From: Xylographa opegraphella
Taxonomy: Eukaryota
NCBI GenBank assembly: GCA_022813865.1
Contig: JALDZX010000012.1
Span: 124,001 to 188,000, forward strand
Direction: 5' to 3'
DNA: 64,000 nucleotides
Shown: positions 25,711 through 36,313 of the stretch, one piece after another
Layout of the letters: each line of letters opens with the position of its first letter
Position numbering within the stretch: position 1 is the first letter of the stretch
Made by a program: the position numbers and the translations under genes
The notes under the pieces: generated by a model
Databases searched by the model: none
What the model was told of the DNA's origin: nothing
Seen by the model: only the letters and a program-made list of their open reading frames with translations

Positions 25711-27012
25711 ATTTCTTTAAAGTAGCCATGCGAAAATGTCCATTTGATTGATGGGCTTTATCTCTAAGTAGCGGTCACTTGTGGTATGCACTTTTGTAAA
25801 CAACCGAAGACGCAAGCAAGGGATATAGCCAATTGACATTCCACCCGATCAGACCTGTATTATTGTTGCATCCGCTCTCTGATTCTCCGTGCTCCCTCTC
25901 TATCTCCAGCTCCTCAAGCCAATACCTTTTCCCTCGACTGCTGCCGTTCACTCCTCTCCGAGCTCTTTGCGCAATTGTATCATAGTAGCTTCCAGGTCAT
26001 CAACCCGCTCGCGCCATGCTCATTAACAATCTCGATCATCTCGTCGGTGGCGGCGGCAGTATCACGCTTCTCATTTTCGATGGTGACGGCCTTGTCCCCT
26101 TCTCTTCTGATAGTGTGGTCCGGTCCCTCTCTTTTTGGATGCAGGGGCTTCTGTCCTCGTCTCCATTGATGGCGGCGGCCTTGTCACTCTATGGAAAGAA
26201 CGATACCCATACAGGATGTATCAAGATATAGCCATTCCGATAGGTCTTTGGTATGTGTTAGAGGGTCGTCCTTTTGAGATGAAGAACACACGTTGATCTT
26301 GAATAACGTGTGAGCAATTGGAACTCATGGAAGTGAAGATTGTAAAGAATGCAAGCTACAAAAGTTAAAGCGTTGGGTCACACTAAGTTTCTTCGTATCT
26401 TCATGTAAACCTGGAGCTTGAGAAGATCAAACAAAACAGTTGCAGAAAGTATACGTGGTGGATCCAAAGCCACCAATGTCCTGACTCGCCTGATTGTACT
26501 CCGTAGCCTCGCAGATGCAGACAAATTGAGAGATGCGTGCTGGAGACTCTGGAGCTTTCAGTACCTGTAAAACGCGGGGAAGCGGCGGAAATATCTCCGC
26601 ATGACACTAGACTAAGGTAGGATGTCCTAGACAAGGGTAAGGTTCCTTAGGCAGCATTTGGCCGAGCTCTTCAAGTTTCCCCGATGCGGCAACCTTCATC
26701 ACGTCACTCCCAGCTTCTCAACTGACTGAAGGCCTCCAACGATGTAGTGGGATGTTCGAGCAGTGGTACATAGAGAGGAATGCCTTCATAAATTACGATC
26801 GGATTCCTTCTATTGTAAAGCTTAGCAATGCGAGGTCATTGGAGAATGACGGTCATGATTTACACTGTTGGCAAATGGCTGGCTTCCTATTGACTGGAAG
26901 TCACTTGCGGGACGCGGTCAGATGATCTCATTGTCTTATGTGAATCGCAGTACTTCGTACGTTCGTGCCACACTCTACTCTTTGCTGAAGACTTCTACCC
27001 GTCAAGAAAAGA

Positions 27013-28776
27013 ATGAACTTTCTGCTGACTCGTACTTCCCTGTGCACTCATAAATCATCGTGTACTTTTACTGCTGCTATCCGTGTCTTTACCCACAATC
27101 CATCTCCAAAAGCCTTCCAAGCACACCGCTCCGCAATGGCAACTATGTCCCAGCCCCAGCATTTTATGAATACATCTGGAGAGCTCGATGCCGTCTGGAT
27201 TCACAAAGAACCATATTCTAATCGGCCTCACTTCTCAAAATTGAACAAGGACATCAAGGTTGACGTCTGCGTGATTGGAGCTGGGATTGCCGGCGTCTCC
27301 ACGGCTTATGAGCTAGTTTCACGCGGCCTGAAGGTCGCCATGATTGAAGCACGAGAGGTTCTGTCAGGTGAGACAGGAAGGACAAGTGGGCATCTTTCCA
27401 GTGCCCTAGACGCAAGCTATGTCGACATAGCGAAGAAGCATGGTAAGGACGCTGCGAAGAATGCGGCATCGAGTCATCAATGGGCTCTCAAGCACGTTGG
27501 TGAAATCTCCAAGCAGCTAGGCATCGAGTGCGAATACAAGGTGATTCCTGACTACGAGATCTCCCAGTATGAGAAATCAGACCCCAAGCATGAGGACGAA
27601 ATGAAAGAGATTCAAGAGGACCTCAAGATGGCGAAAGAACTGGGACTGCCTGTGTCATACAAACCAGACTATGCCATCAAAGGATGGGATGGCAAGGTCG
27701 ACCAGAGAGATGTTGGTATCTACGAAGAGCAAGCGACCTTCCATCCGACAATGTATTTGGTCGGTCTCTTGAAGTGGCTTGCTAAGCAGCCCAACTTCGA
27801 ATGCTATACGCACACGAGGATGTTGAACATCGAAGAGAAGGGACTCCTGACCACCAAAGAGGTGCAGGTTAGCACTTTAGATGGCAACACAATCACTTGC
27901 AATGATGCTGTCGAGGCTACTTGCATCCCTCTCCAAAAGCTGAGCATCGTTGCTCAGATGGAGTACTTCCGCACTTACTGCATTGCCATTCGAATCCCTA
28001 GAGACAGCTACGAGGATTGCCTCATCAACGACCAAGCCGACCCTTACCATTATATCCGTTTCACAGGTTGCGACGATAAGGACGATTACCTGGTGATTGG
28101 TGGCGGAGATCACAAGGTTGGACAAGAGGAGGAAGCCGGAAGGTTCGCTGAGCTTGAATCGTGGGTTAGGAAAAGATATACACAGGCAGGATCCGTTGAC
28201 TACAAATGGTCCGGGCAAGTCAACGATTCCGTCGACCTCATGCACTTCGTTGGCCTCAACCAAGGAAAGAGCCACACCTATGTGATCACTGGTGATACTG
28301 GCCACGGTCTGACGATGGGTGTCCTTGCTGGTAAGCTGGTTGCAGACGAGATTCAAGGCATCGAGAACCCATGGAGCTCTGCTTACAATCCGAAACGTCT
28401 ACCCCCCCTCTCATCCATCCCCAGCATGGTCGCTCATGACGTCCAAATCAACATGCAGTACAAACGCTTCGCCCAGAGCGACATACCGGATATCGAGAGT
28501 CTGGCAATTGGCGAAGGAGGTATTCTGAACCCGAAAACGAAGAAGCCTCTCGCGGTTTACAAGGACGATCAGGGCAAGGTGCATCAATTCTCGGCGCTGT
28601 GCCCGCATTTGCAGGGCGTGGTATGCTGGAACAAGACAGAGAAAAGCTGGGATTGTCCGATTCACGGAAGTCGGTTCAGCAAGGATGGCGTGCAGATTAT
28701 GGGGCCTTCGAAGGCGGGCTTGTCGCCGGCAGATGAGAATGGCGAGGCGGCGCAGCAACAGGCAATCAAGGCCTAA
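27013..28776 (+). CDS. FAD-dependent oxidoreductase (DAO family) with C-terminal Rieske [2Fe-2S] domain, YhfW-like; intronless
   Basis: DVCVIGAGIAG FAD-binding motif, SGETGRTSGHL, ITGDTGHGLT; Rieske ligands CPHL..CPIHGS. Alternative start at 27136. Confidence 0.9.
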   Translation: MNFLLTRTSLCTHKSSCTFTAAIRVFTHNPSPKAFQAHRSAMATMSQPQHFMNTSGELDAVWIHKEPYSNRPHFSKLNKDIKVDVCVIGAGIAGVSTAYELVSRGLKVAMIEAREVLSGETGRTSGHLSSALDASYVDIAKKHGKDAAKNAASSHQWALKHVGEISKQLGIECEYKVIPDYEISQYEKSDPKHEDEMKEIQEDLKMAKELGLPVSYKPDYAIKGWDGKVDQRDVGIYEEQATFHPTMYLVGLLKWLAKQPNFECYTHTRMLNIEEKGLLTTKEVQVSTLDGNTITCNDAVEATCIPLQKLSIVAQMEYFRTYCIAIRIPRDSYEDCLINDQADPYHYIRFTGCDDKDDYLVIGGGDHKVGQEEEAGRFAELESWVRKRYTQAGSVDYKWSGQVNDSVDLMHFVGLNQGKSHTYVITGDTGHGLTMGVLAGKLVADEIQGIENPWSSAYNPKRLPPLSSIPSMVAHDVQINMQYKRFAQSDIPDIESLAIGEGGILNPKTKKPLAVYKDDQGKVHQFSALCPHLQGVVCWNKTEKSWDCPIHGSRFSKDGVQIMGPSKAGLSPADENGEAAQQQAIKA

Positions 28777-30581
28777 CTACACAACTGGCAGGGCGGAAGC
28801 TGCATACAATAAAAAGTATTCGATCTGTGTGGACGTACTGCTTTCTGCGAACATCGATATTTATATCGAATGCTTTTGCTAGGAATTTCAGAACGTCCTT
28901 CACTATCAAAGGTTGCCTGTATTCGTGACATATTCTGAAGTTGCCTTGAAAAAGTGATGGGCTGTTGTTGTAGCTGCGCTTAACTGACTGGACCAGCATT
29001 GAGAAGTCCCGCATTACTGACTCACACTGTTAGGACTATCACAGTAGGAAATCAAATCACATCGACCAACGATTTTCGTTGTATATTTCTTAGTTGTTTA
29101 ACGTCGTCCCATAAGCCTGCGATGCTACCAGCCACTTGATCACTTTTTGTAGAAGCTCACTTATTTCAGATATTTGCAAAATCTGCCTGGATAGATTATT
29201 GACACACGTACGTTACGTCGCCGAGCAATATGAAGCTTCGGTCCTGTTCGCAGCAAAGGATGCCTCACGCAATCTATTGTGCGTCCCGAGCTGCGGCCCA
29301 ATAATGCGCCACAGCACTGTATTCATCTCCCATGAGGACTTGCTATCATTGGTACTAGCGATCCAGACGTTGCGCCGCTGCGCACACAAGCACATATCGA
29401 GTTTATTCGAGATAGGTTGCCTTGAAAGTCTGATACTTGGCCCAGCCTCGTGTGGACTGAATTGCTTTCAGGAACACTGCCCCAGGCTGAATTGCATAGA
29501 GCGGAGGGGGGGTTGGTTTTTTCGAGGTTTGAAATATCAGCTATCTTGCTTGTGAACTGCCTGTTAGAAAGCACATATATGGGAACGCTTTCGTTCTTTG
29601 AGCATGATTTGATCTTTCGTTGTTTCTGAAAATTTTCTTCTGCAAGACAGCGCAGTCTGTTGAGTAAACCTAGCTGTATCGACCGTCCAAGGTTTTTGAC
29701 GTCGCAGAGCAGCATGTCGGAGAAAGCTCAGGAGAGACCAGGCGTGGCTCTTAGAATTCAAATAGAGAAAGTGGGAAATCTCATGCGAGCAAGGAAAGCT
29801 TTGGCAGCTTCTACAAGTGATGGGCGATTAGTTTCCAAGCAACGCTTCTTTCCCACTACACTGTCTGGCTTGGGGCAGCTTCTATCATTCGACGGTGGCT
29901 CTATTGCGATGGGAGGGGACAGCTTACGAAGCATGGCGGTGAGAGATGAGTGGAGAGGGATAGCACCATACAGACCGAGTGAAAAACCCCCAGAGACCGC
30001 TGTCAGCTCTAGTCTTAGTATGACGGGACGAGGCGAGACGAGAGAATGGGATACGCACGCAGGCTGGCGCCCTTGTGAGGCCGACACGTACATACATACT
30101 AAGCCCATATACGCACGCGCACGCGTAGAGGGAGAGAAAGCGATAGTAAGACGGCCAAGCGATCCCTCAACCAGCCATTCGTCGGTGTAGTAGATCTAAT
30201 CTAGATATCTAGCTCCCTCCCTACACACATATATCACCCCCCAATAAAGCCAACTCAACAGCCATACAGGTTGGCCACGGATGTAATTATATCGTAGACC
30301 TTCACTCATCCGGCTCCGAAAAAATAAACGGGAAAAAACGATAAATTAAAATAAGAACAATAAGCCAACCTCAAGCTTGCGGCGGCGGCGGTGGCGGCGG
30401 GGGTTAAAGATCCCAATGGATCTCGATCTGCCCCCCCCTCCCGCGGCCAAAAGGTCGCTTCGCGTGGCTCACGCCGAATCGATGGGTACACACATATCCA
30501 CAAATGAACAGCAATACAAGATGCGTGCCCATCATACCGCATACCACATCCCCACCCCCCTCGCTCCCCAACCCCCCCTCA

Positions 30582-33500
30582 TCAACCCATCCGATCCAAC
30601 CTGCCCAGCACGCGCTTCTTCTCCCTCTCCCTCACCAAGACACTAACCGCCCTCTCGAAATCGACACTGTTGCCACTATCCGTCTCCGCCAACGCGCGCT
30701 TGGCCCTCCCCTCCTCGAAGCCCATGGCCGTGAGCCGCTCGACGGCGACATCGACGGGGTCGCGTACCTGCGGGCCGCTAGGCACGGGCGCGGGCGCGGT
30801 GGTGGGTGGCTTGTCGTGGCTGCGCTCGCTGGCGGCGGAGGAGGAGGCGAAGGACTCCTGGGACGCGTTGACGCGTGCGGCGGTGGTGGTGGTGCGGGAG
30901 GATCTTTTGGCGGGGGAGGTGAGGGGCGAGGAGGAGGTGGAGGTGGAGGTGGGTTTGAGTTTCGATTTCGGGGTCGAGGAAGGGAGGGAGACTTTGGGGC
31001 GGCGCAGGGAGAGGCGGGCGGCGAGGGAGGGCAGTTTGGGCACCGGGGGCGCGGCGGTGGTGGCGTCCGAGGTGGCGAGGGCGTCGAGGCGCGCGAGCAC
31101 CTCCGGGTAGTTGCTCATGGGCCGCTCGTCCGAGACGGGCACGTCCTTGTAGGCCGGGTCCTTGCGCTTGGCTCGGATCTCGGCCGCGTGCGCGGCGCAG
31201 CGCTGGCGGGCGAGGAGGGTGGCATCGGGGGAGTGGGGCGCCGAGGGTTGGGGCGCCGAGGCTACTTGGGGAAGGGTGGAGAAGACGGAGCGGGAGGATG
31301 ACGGTGGAGACGGGCGCTGGAGGGACATTTTCTCCTCATACACGCGCGACACGGCTTCTTTGAGGAAGGTGGAGTGCGAGGAGCCGTGCATGGGCGGTGT
31401 CCAGATCGTGTAGCCGGCGGAGCGGGCGGTGGCGAAGGTGTCGCTCGTGGGGGAGGTAGGCGCGTGCACGGAGAGGACGGTGGCGGGCGCGAGGGTGAGG
31501 AGGTGGTAGGTCCATTCCTCTGGTAGGGGAGGTTAGCACGAAAGAGCGGACAATGGTGGACAACTGTCTTGCTTACCGATGGCGGCGTTTTCCCGCTCGA
31601 TATCGCCAGGGGCGATGTTTGCCCCGGCGAAAATGCCATATTCCCGAGCTTGGTCCCGTTTCCCTTGGTAGCCTCGGACCAGAACTCCGAGACACGTCCA
31701 GATTTCCGTCATATCGTATAGCTCCTCCGTGGTCAGCCCATTTCTGTTGCCCCTTGCAAATCCTGCAGGCGGGTTGAACAGCACGCTGTTCATGGCGATC
31801 CCGTCATTGAAAGCCAGAGTATTGGTGTCGGTGCTTTGCTGCTTCGCCAGAATGCCCCCCCTCAACCAATCCATCTGTCCAACGATATCGTCTTCCCGGC
31901 CCCTTCCACAACCGAATATTTTGCAGAAGGTCCAGACACGCCAGAATGCATCGTCTATAAACGGGGACCTGGCCGTTTCCCCCGCCAACCCGGAGATTGT
32001 TTCTACCCGGAGGAATGATTTACAGTGGTCGAGTATCATGCTTTTGAGTTCCACCATGGTAAGCAGATCTCTGGTATAATGCCTCAGGTATAAGCTAGGT
32101 TTGTAGTCTGTTGCTCCGCTCTCCATCTCGGCGAATGGTATGCTCACTTCGCGGAGTTCCCACGCAGCCGGCGACATACACCACAGAGCGTTCTTGATCA
32201 GCGAAAGCTCGTGTCGCTTGAAGGTCCGGTAAAATCCTCTGCTGACTTCTGCCGCGGCAAAAAGATCCTTCAGGTTCTCGAGACTTTGGAGGATTCGTAG
32301 GAGAACGCGCTCAGCAGCGTCAGCCGAAATGAGCTGTTCGACTTCCTCAGGTGTCATCGATGGTCTGTTCTTGCCCTCCGATGTTGGGATCGAAGCATAC
32401 AAGTCAGGGATTTCAGACATTGCAAGCGATGCCAATGACCGGCACTTCACCGATCGTTGGGAGTGTAAGGAACGGCCAGCGACTGAAGCTGTGGTAGAAG
32501 TTGGTGACAGTTCGTCCTTGCGACCTCGACGCTCGAGTGGGTGAACGTCGCTCTCTGTTGGAGAGACCATTGCTGGAGGCTGTGGACTTGGCGCCGCAGC
32601 AAGCTCAACCGGTAGCGGTCGCGAAGTGTCTGCGAGTTCGACAGGTGAAGGAGCTCGATTACCTTCGAGTTCCGCAATATGTATTGGATGTTGTATTTGT
32701 TGAGATTTTAATGGTATTCGAGGTATGTCGTTGGCGAAGCTATTTTGCTTTAAGATGAGTAGTTTTTCGTTCGAACGGGAAGCGTTCCGTTGGTGAAAAG
32801 CGAGAAAGGTAAGGGATGGATCGTCTTTGGGACTCAAGAGCTCTAGTCTTTTGCGAACCTCTTCGAAATGTGCGTCAGGGATACTCGATTGTTCGGATTC
32901 TGCTTCGGGACTTTCATCCCCGGACATGACCGGGCTGGTGGAGTTTGTGTAATTCTGCGGGGATTCCTTTGAGCTCCAGATGGATTCGTAACTAGCTTGT
33001 CGTTCCATCCTCGGTGGTGTAGCAGTGTTATTTCTGCCGAGGATCCTATTAGCCTTACTGCTTGACCCACCCACCGCCGTTGACGCTCTTCTCGTATGCC
33101 CTTCTCCGGATCGCATTTGTGTGATAACATGATTGCTGCTCGCAGAACGCATCATAATCCTCCGTCGCGGCTCATGTCTATCCTGCTTATCCTCCAATGG
33201 GGATGCAGTCCGAGGTGGAGGTGGCGGAGCAGGTGCTCTTCGTGATGGTTCCATGCGCATGGGCCCACGACTGATTTGTAGTGGATCTCTGCCTGAAGCG
33301 ACAATGACGGACTGATTGGGAGAATCTTCCTTGATGGTGTCCAACTGACTTTCCAAGGCCAGGGTGACTTGACTGAGGGTGGGTGTGGAGTTGTTGGCAT
33401 ACGAGTAAGATGGTTGGTTATGCGACGGAATGTTTCTCTGGAAGGCATCGTCAAGAGCATCCAAATCCTTAGGCGTGTATTTGGATCTGAGGATCGTGGA

Positions 33501-34916
33501 TGCTTTGGAAGGTCGCCGCGACAAATTCAAGGCGCTGACTGGAGACTCCCCGTTGAAGTTCTGCGGAGGTGGGGCTCGCTGTCGCATTGTCATTGTGCTC
33601 GATCGCGATGGCGACAGGCCTGAGAAGTTCAACGGTCGTACATTTGCCTGACCTGGTTCGGGCGGTAAAGGTTTGTTCTTGTTCGCGGTGCTGAAGTTGC
33701 TGCGCAGAGAAGCAGTACTCGCCTTGTCCTTGAGAGTTCTCGAAGGGGAATTAGCCAACGAGGTGTTGCTCTTCATGTTCGTCGGTATCCTGGGCGCTAA
33801 ATTGCCAGCGCCCGGAGCTGACACCGGATGGGGAACGCTAGGAGCTCGATCCTCGGGAGGCTTGGGTAGTCCTGTCTCTGAATTCATGCTTGACATGGAG
33901 GAACTCGGACTATGGCAAGAGTGTGGTGATTTTCCGTCCTGTTCACTGGCATCGGCGGATGAGTTCGATGTTGCCGATTTCGTTGCTGGCGGCGACGTCT
34001 GCGGCATGCCGGCGGTCATGCCTTCGAGTGACAGCGCAGAGAACGGCCTCCTTGGTTTCGGCATTTCCACAACGGAAAGCGGCGACACGATGGAGAGTTG
34101 AGCGGTGGCCACGCCGTTAAAAGGCTTGTTTGGGCGAGTGGTGGTGGATGTTGATGGGGGTGAGATGGTGCTCGGAGTTCCGAACAGCTGATTGTTCTTC
34201 GTCGGAATACTGACAATCGTGGCACCGGTCGCTTGCGACTTGCTGATGGGGATTGATACTTGCAGCTCTGGTCGTCTGTCCTTGGCAAATTGTATGGGCA
34301 CATCCATTTCCTCGTCCGATTCCGGCGGCGTCATTGGATTCCCCATCTCAGCCGTGTGTATTCTACCATTCTCCTCAGTCGCCCCTGTCTTTTCCATCGT
34401 GATCCCGAATGCTTTTTGTAAGAAATCGTGGTCGAAAAGATCTTGGTTGGTGGTGGTGTCGATGCGATACTCCGGTAGACCTTGAAATGGATCACTTGCT
34501 TTCGTCGCAACCTCGGCCGCGAAAGCTTCCTCCACATGCTCACTCCCTGTTGACGGTCGTCGTGAACTTCCAGACACAACGATCAGATCGTCGACGGTAG
34601 CCACTAGCCGGACGGGTTGCTTAACATTCCCCAATGTAACTTCGGTCGGTGCCGCATTGACGCCTTGCATTGACGTCGAAGATTCCCCACTCTTGTCCTT
34701 CCGGTGGAAGCTTCTCATTTTCCCAGTCTTCAAGAAGGATCGGGTTGAGAGGAGAGAGGCTTGCATGTTCGACGGTGCTGAAGTCGCCGTACACGCTGGC
34801 TTGTTGGGCTTGGGTGGATGACCGACCAACCTTAGAAGATCTTTTCTCAGGGTGCTGTTACTGCGGTCGATACCAGACCCTAAACTCTGGAAGGTTAGGG
34901 GAGTTTGAGAGGCCAT
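30582..34916 (-). CDS. Large, mostly disordered protein with an F-box-like motif and a C-terminal UBA domain, at least 2 exons
   Basis: ORFs 31533-35018 and 30582-31469 are joined by intron 31520-31576 (GTAAGC..CTAAC..CAG, giving AIEEWTYHLL). F-box-like AAERVLLRILQSLENLKDLFAAAEVSRGFY; UBA VERLTAMGFEEGRAKRAL..FERAVSVL. The start codon is uncertain. Confidence 0.75.
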
Positions 34917-36241
34917 GAAACCGTGCTCGTAAGGCGAATCGTTCTGTTCCAGCGGAAATTGGTGGTCTAATAATGTTGGCGGCGCAGCGTCAGCATGAGG
35001 CACATCGCAGCCGGCCACGCAAATCGACCGGACTATGTAAAGGAGCCGATACCTCGGGGATCACGAAATGATCTTGCTCAATTACTCACGTTCGCGTTTG
35101 CGGTACGATTGCGGTAGTCTATCAATTGCTCTGTGCCATCAAGGCCGTGGCTGGTCTGGACGCGAGATCGGAGATTTCATCCATTCTTCTGGGCTCAGTC
35201 ATGGTGGAGCTTCCAACATGCCAACAAGCATATGCGATGATTCAGGACCGGTGAGTATCAGTGAGCGGGGAGGCAAGAAAAAGCTCGTTGGAGAGTGTCA
35301 AGTAGAATGCTACGGAATGTGCAGCGCTGAACAGCGGGCACCTGACTACGCCAGTGTTATCAGTTGCGACAGATGGCTGGTGAGAAGCGCAGATCTGAGC
35401 TTTGGCCGTTTGGCCTCTGTCGCATCGATCCTCGTAAAGTAATGAAACATGCCGACCACATGGGGGGGGTGTGGGAAAGCCTGGCGGGAATGTCGTAGTC
35501 CTGCAGGACTAAGAGCAGGCTACCAGGCACATCCGCCCAGTCAGAGAGCGGTGCTTTGCGGCAAAGCCGCCACTCGACGCTCATCTCGCTGCTGACTGGC
35601 TGAGCAGATGGGTTCGAGAGGCAGGATTGGGAAAAGGCCGTCGGTGTCGGGGTGGCTGTTGAAAGCGATGGTGAGCGGCACGCAAAACCTTGGAAAGGTC
35701 TGGCGTGAGAACGAGCCGGAAAGCCGACGAATTCGCTGTGGTACGTACGGAGGTACTGGTGTACAACAACCACTAAGCATCGGTGGCTGTCCTTTTCGCA
35801 CCAATCGCCCGCGCGACAGGCTTTGGATTATCGAGAAGATCAATTACTGTATTGTTGCTCCTGCTGGGCCAGAATTGGGGCTGAGAAGGTACCGACAATT
35901 CAAGCATAAATTCAACAGCGAGCGGGACTTCCGTCCGGAGTAATAAGCTTGTCTCTGATCCCGCCATCGCTCTCAAGTAGTAGGTACAGAGCAGCATACC
36001 GACTCTCACTTTCACTGTATCCTTCTCGACGTCTTCCATGCGCAACGGGTGCAGCGGTTAGCCAGGGAGTAAAACGTTGTTCGCATGGCCATCCACGCTT
36101 CGGGGCGGCTTTCGGAGCGGAGAGAAAGGTTCAGCAGCCAGCGATTGCGGGCAGGTCATCAATTGCCGAGCAAGAAGACCACGGCTTAAGCAGGAACGGT
36201 ATGAGTAAGGTAGTGTAGATGGTAGTGCATGCATTAGCTCG

Positions 36242-36313
36242 GTGAGCAGTGAGCAGTCAGCAGTGAGCTGGTACGAAGTAAGATAGTGCGCAGTGAGCTG
36301 TGAGCAGTGAGCA
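36242..36313. repeat. Degenerate GTGAGCA/CAGTGAG heptamer cluster in a long intergenic region
   Basis: gtgagcagtgagcagtcagcagtgagctg ... gcagtgagctgtgagcagtgagca. Confidence 0.6.

Noticed and set aside
27013..28776. FAD-Rieske oxidase as a PuuB-like partner of the GS-like ligase
   Set aside because: It is 35 kb away with many unrelated housekeeping genes in between; no support for linkage.
30504..31301. Long Gly-rich antisense ORFs (also 4196-4570, 4623-5330, 39354-40007)
   Set aside because: Shadow ORFs of GC-rich real exons on the opposite strand.
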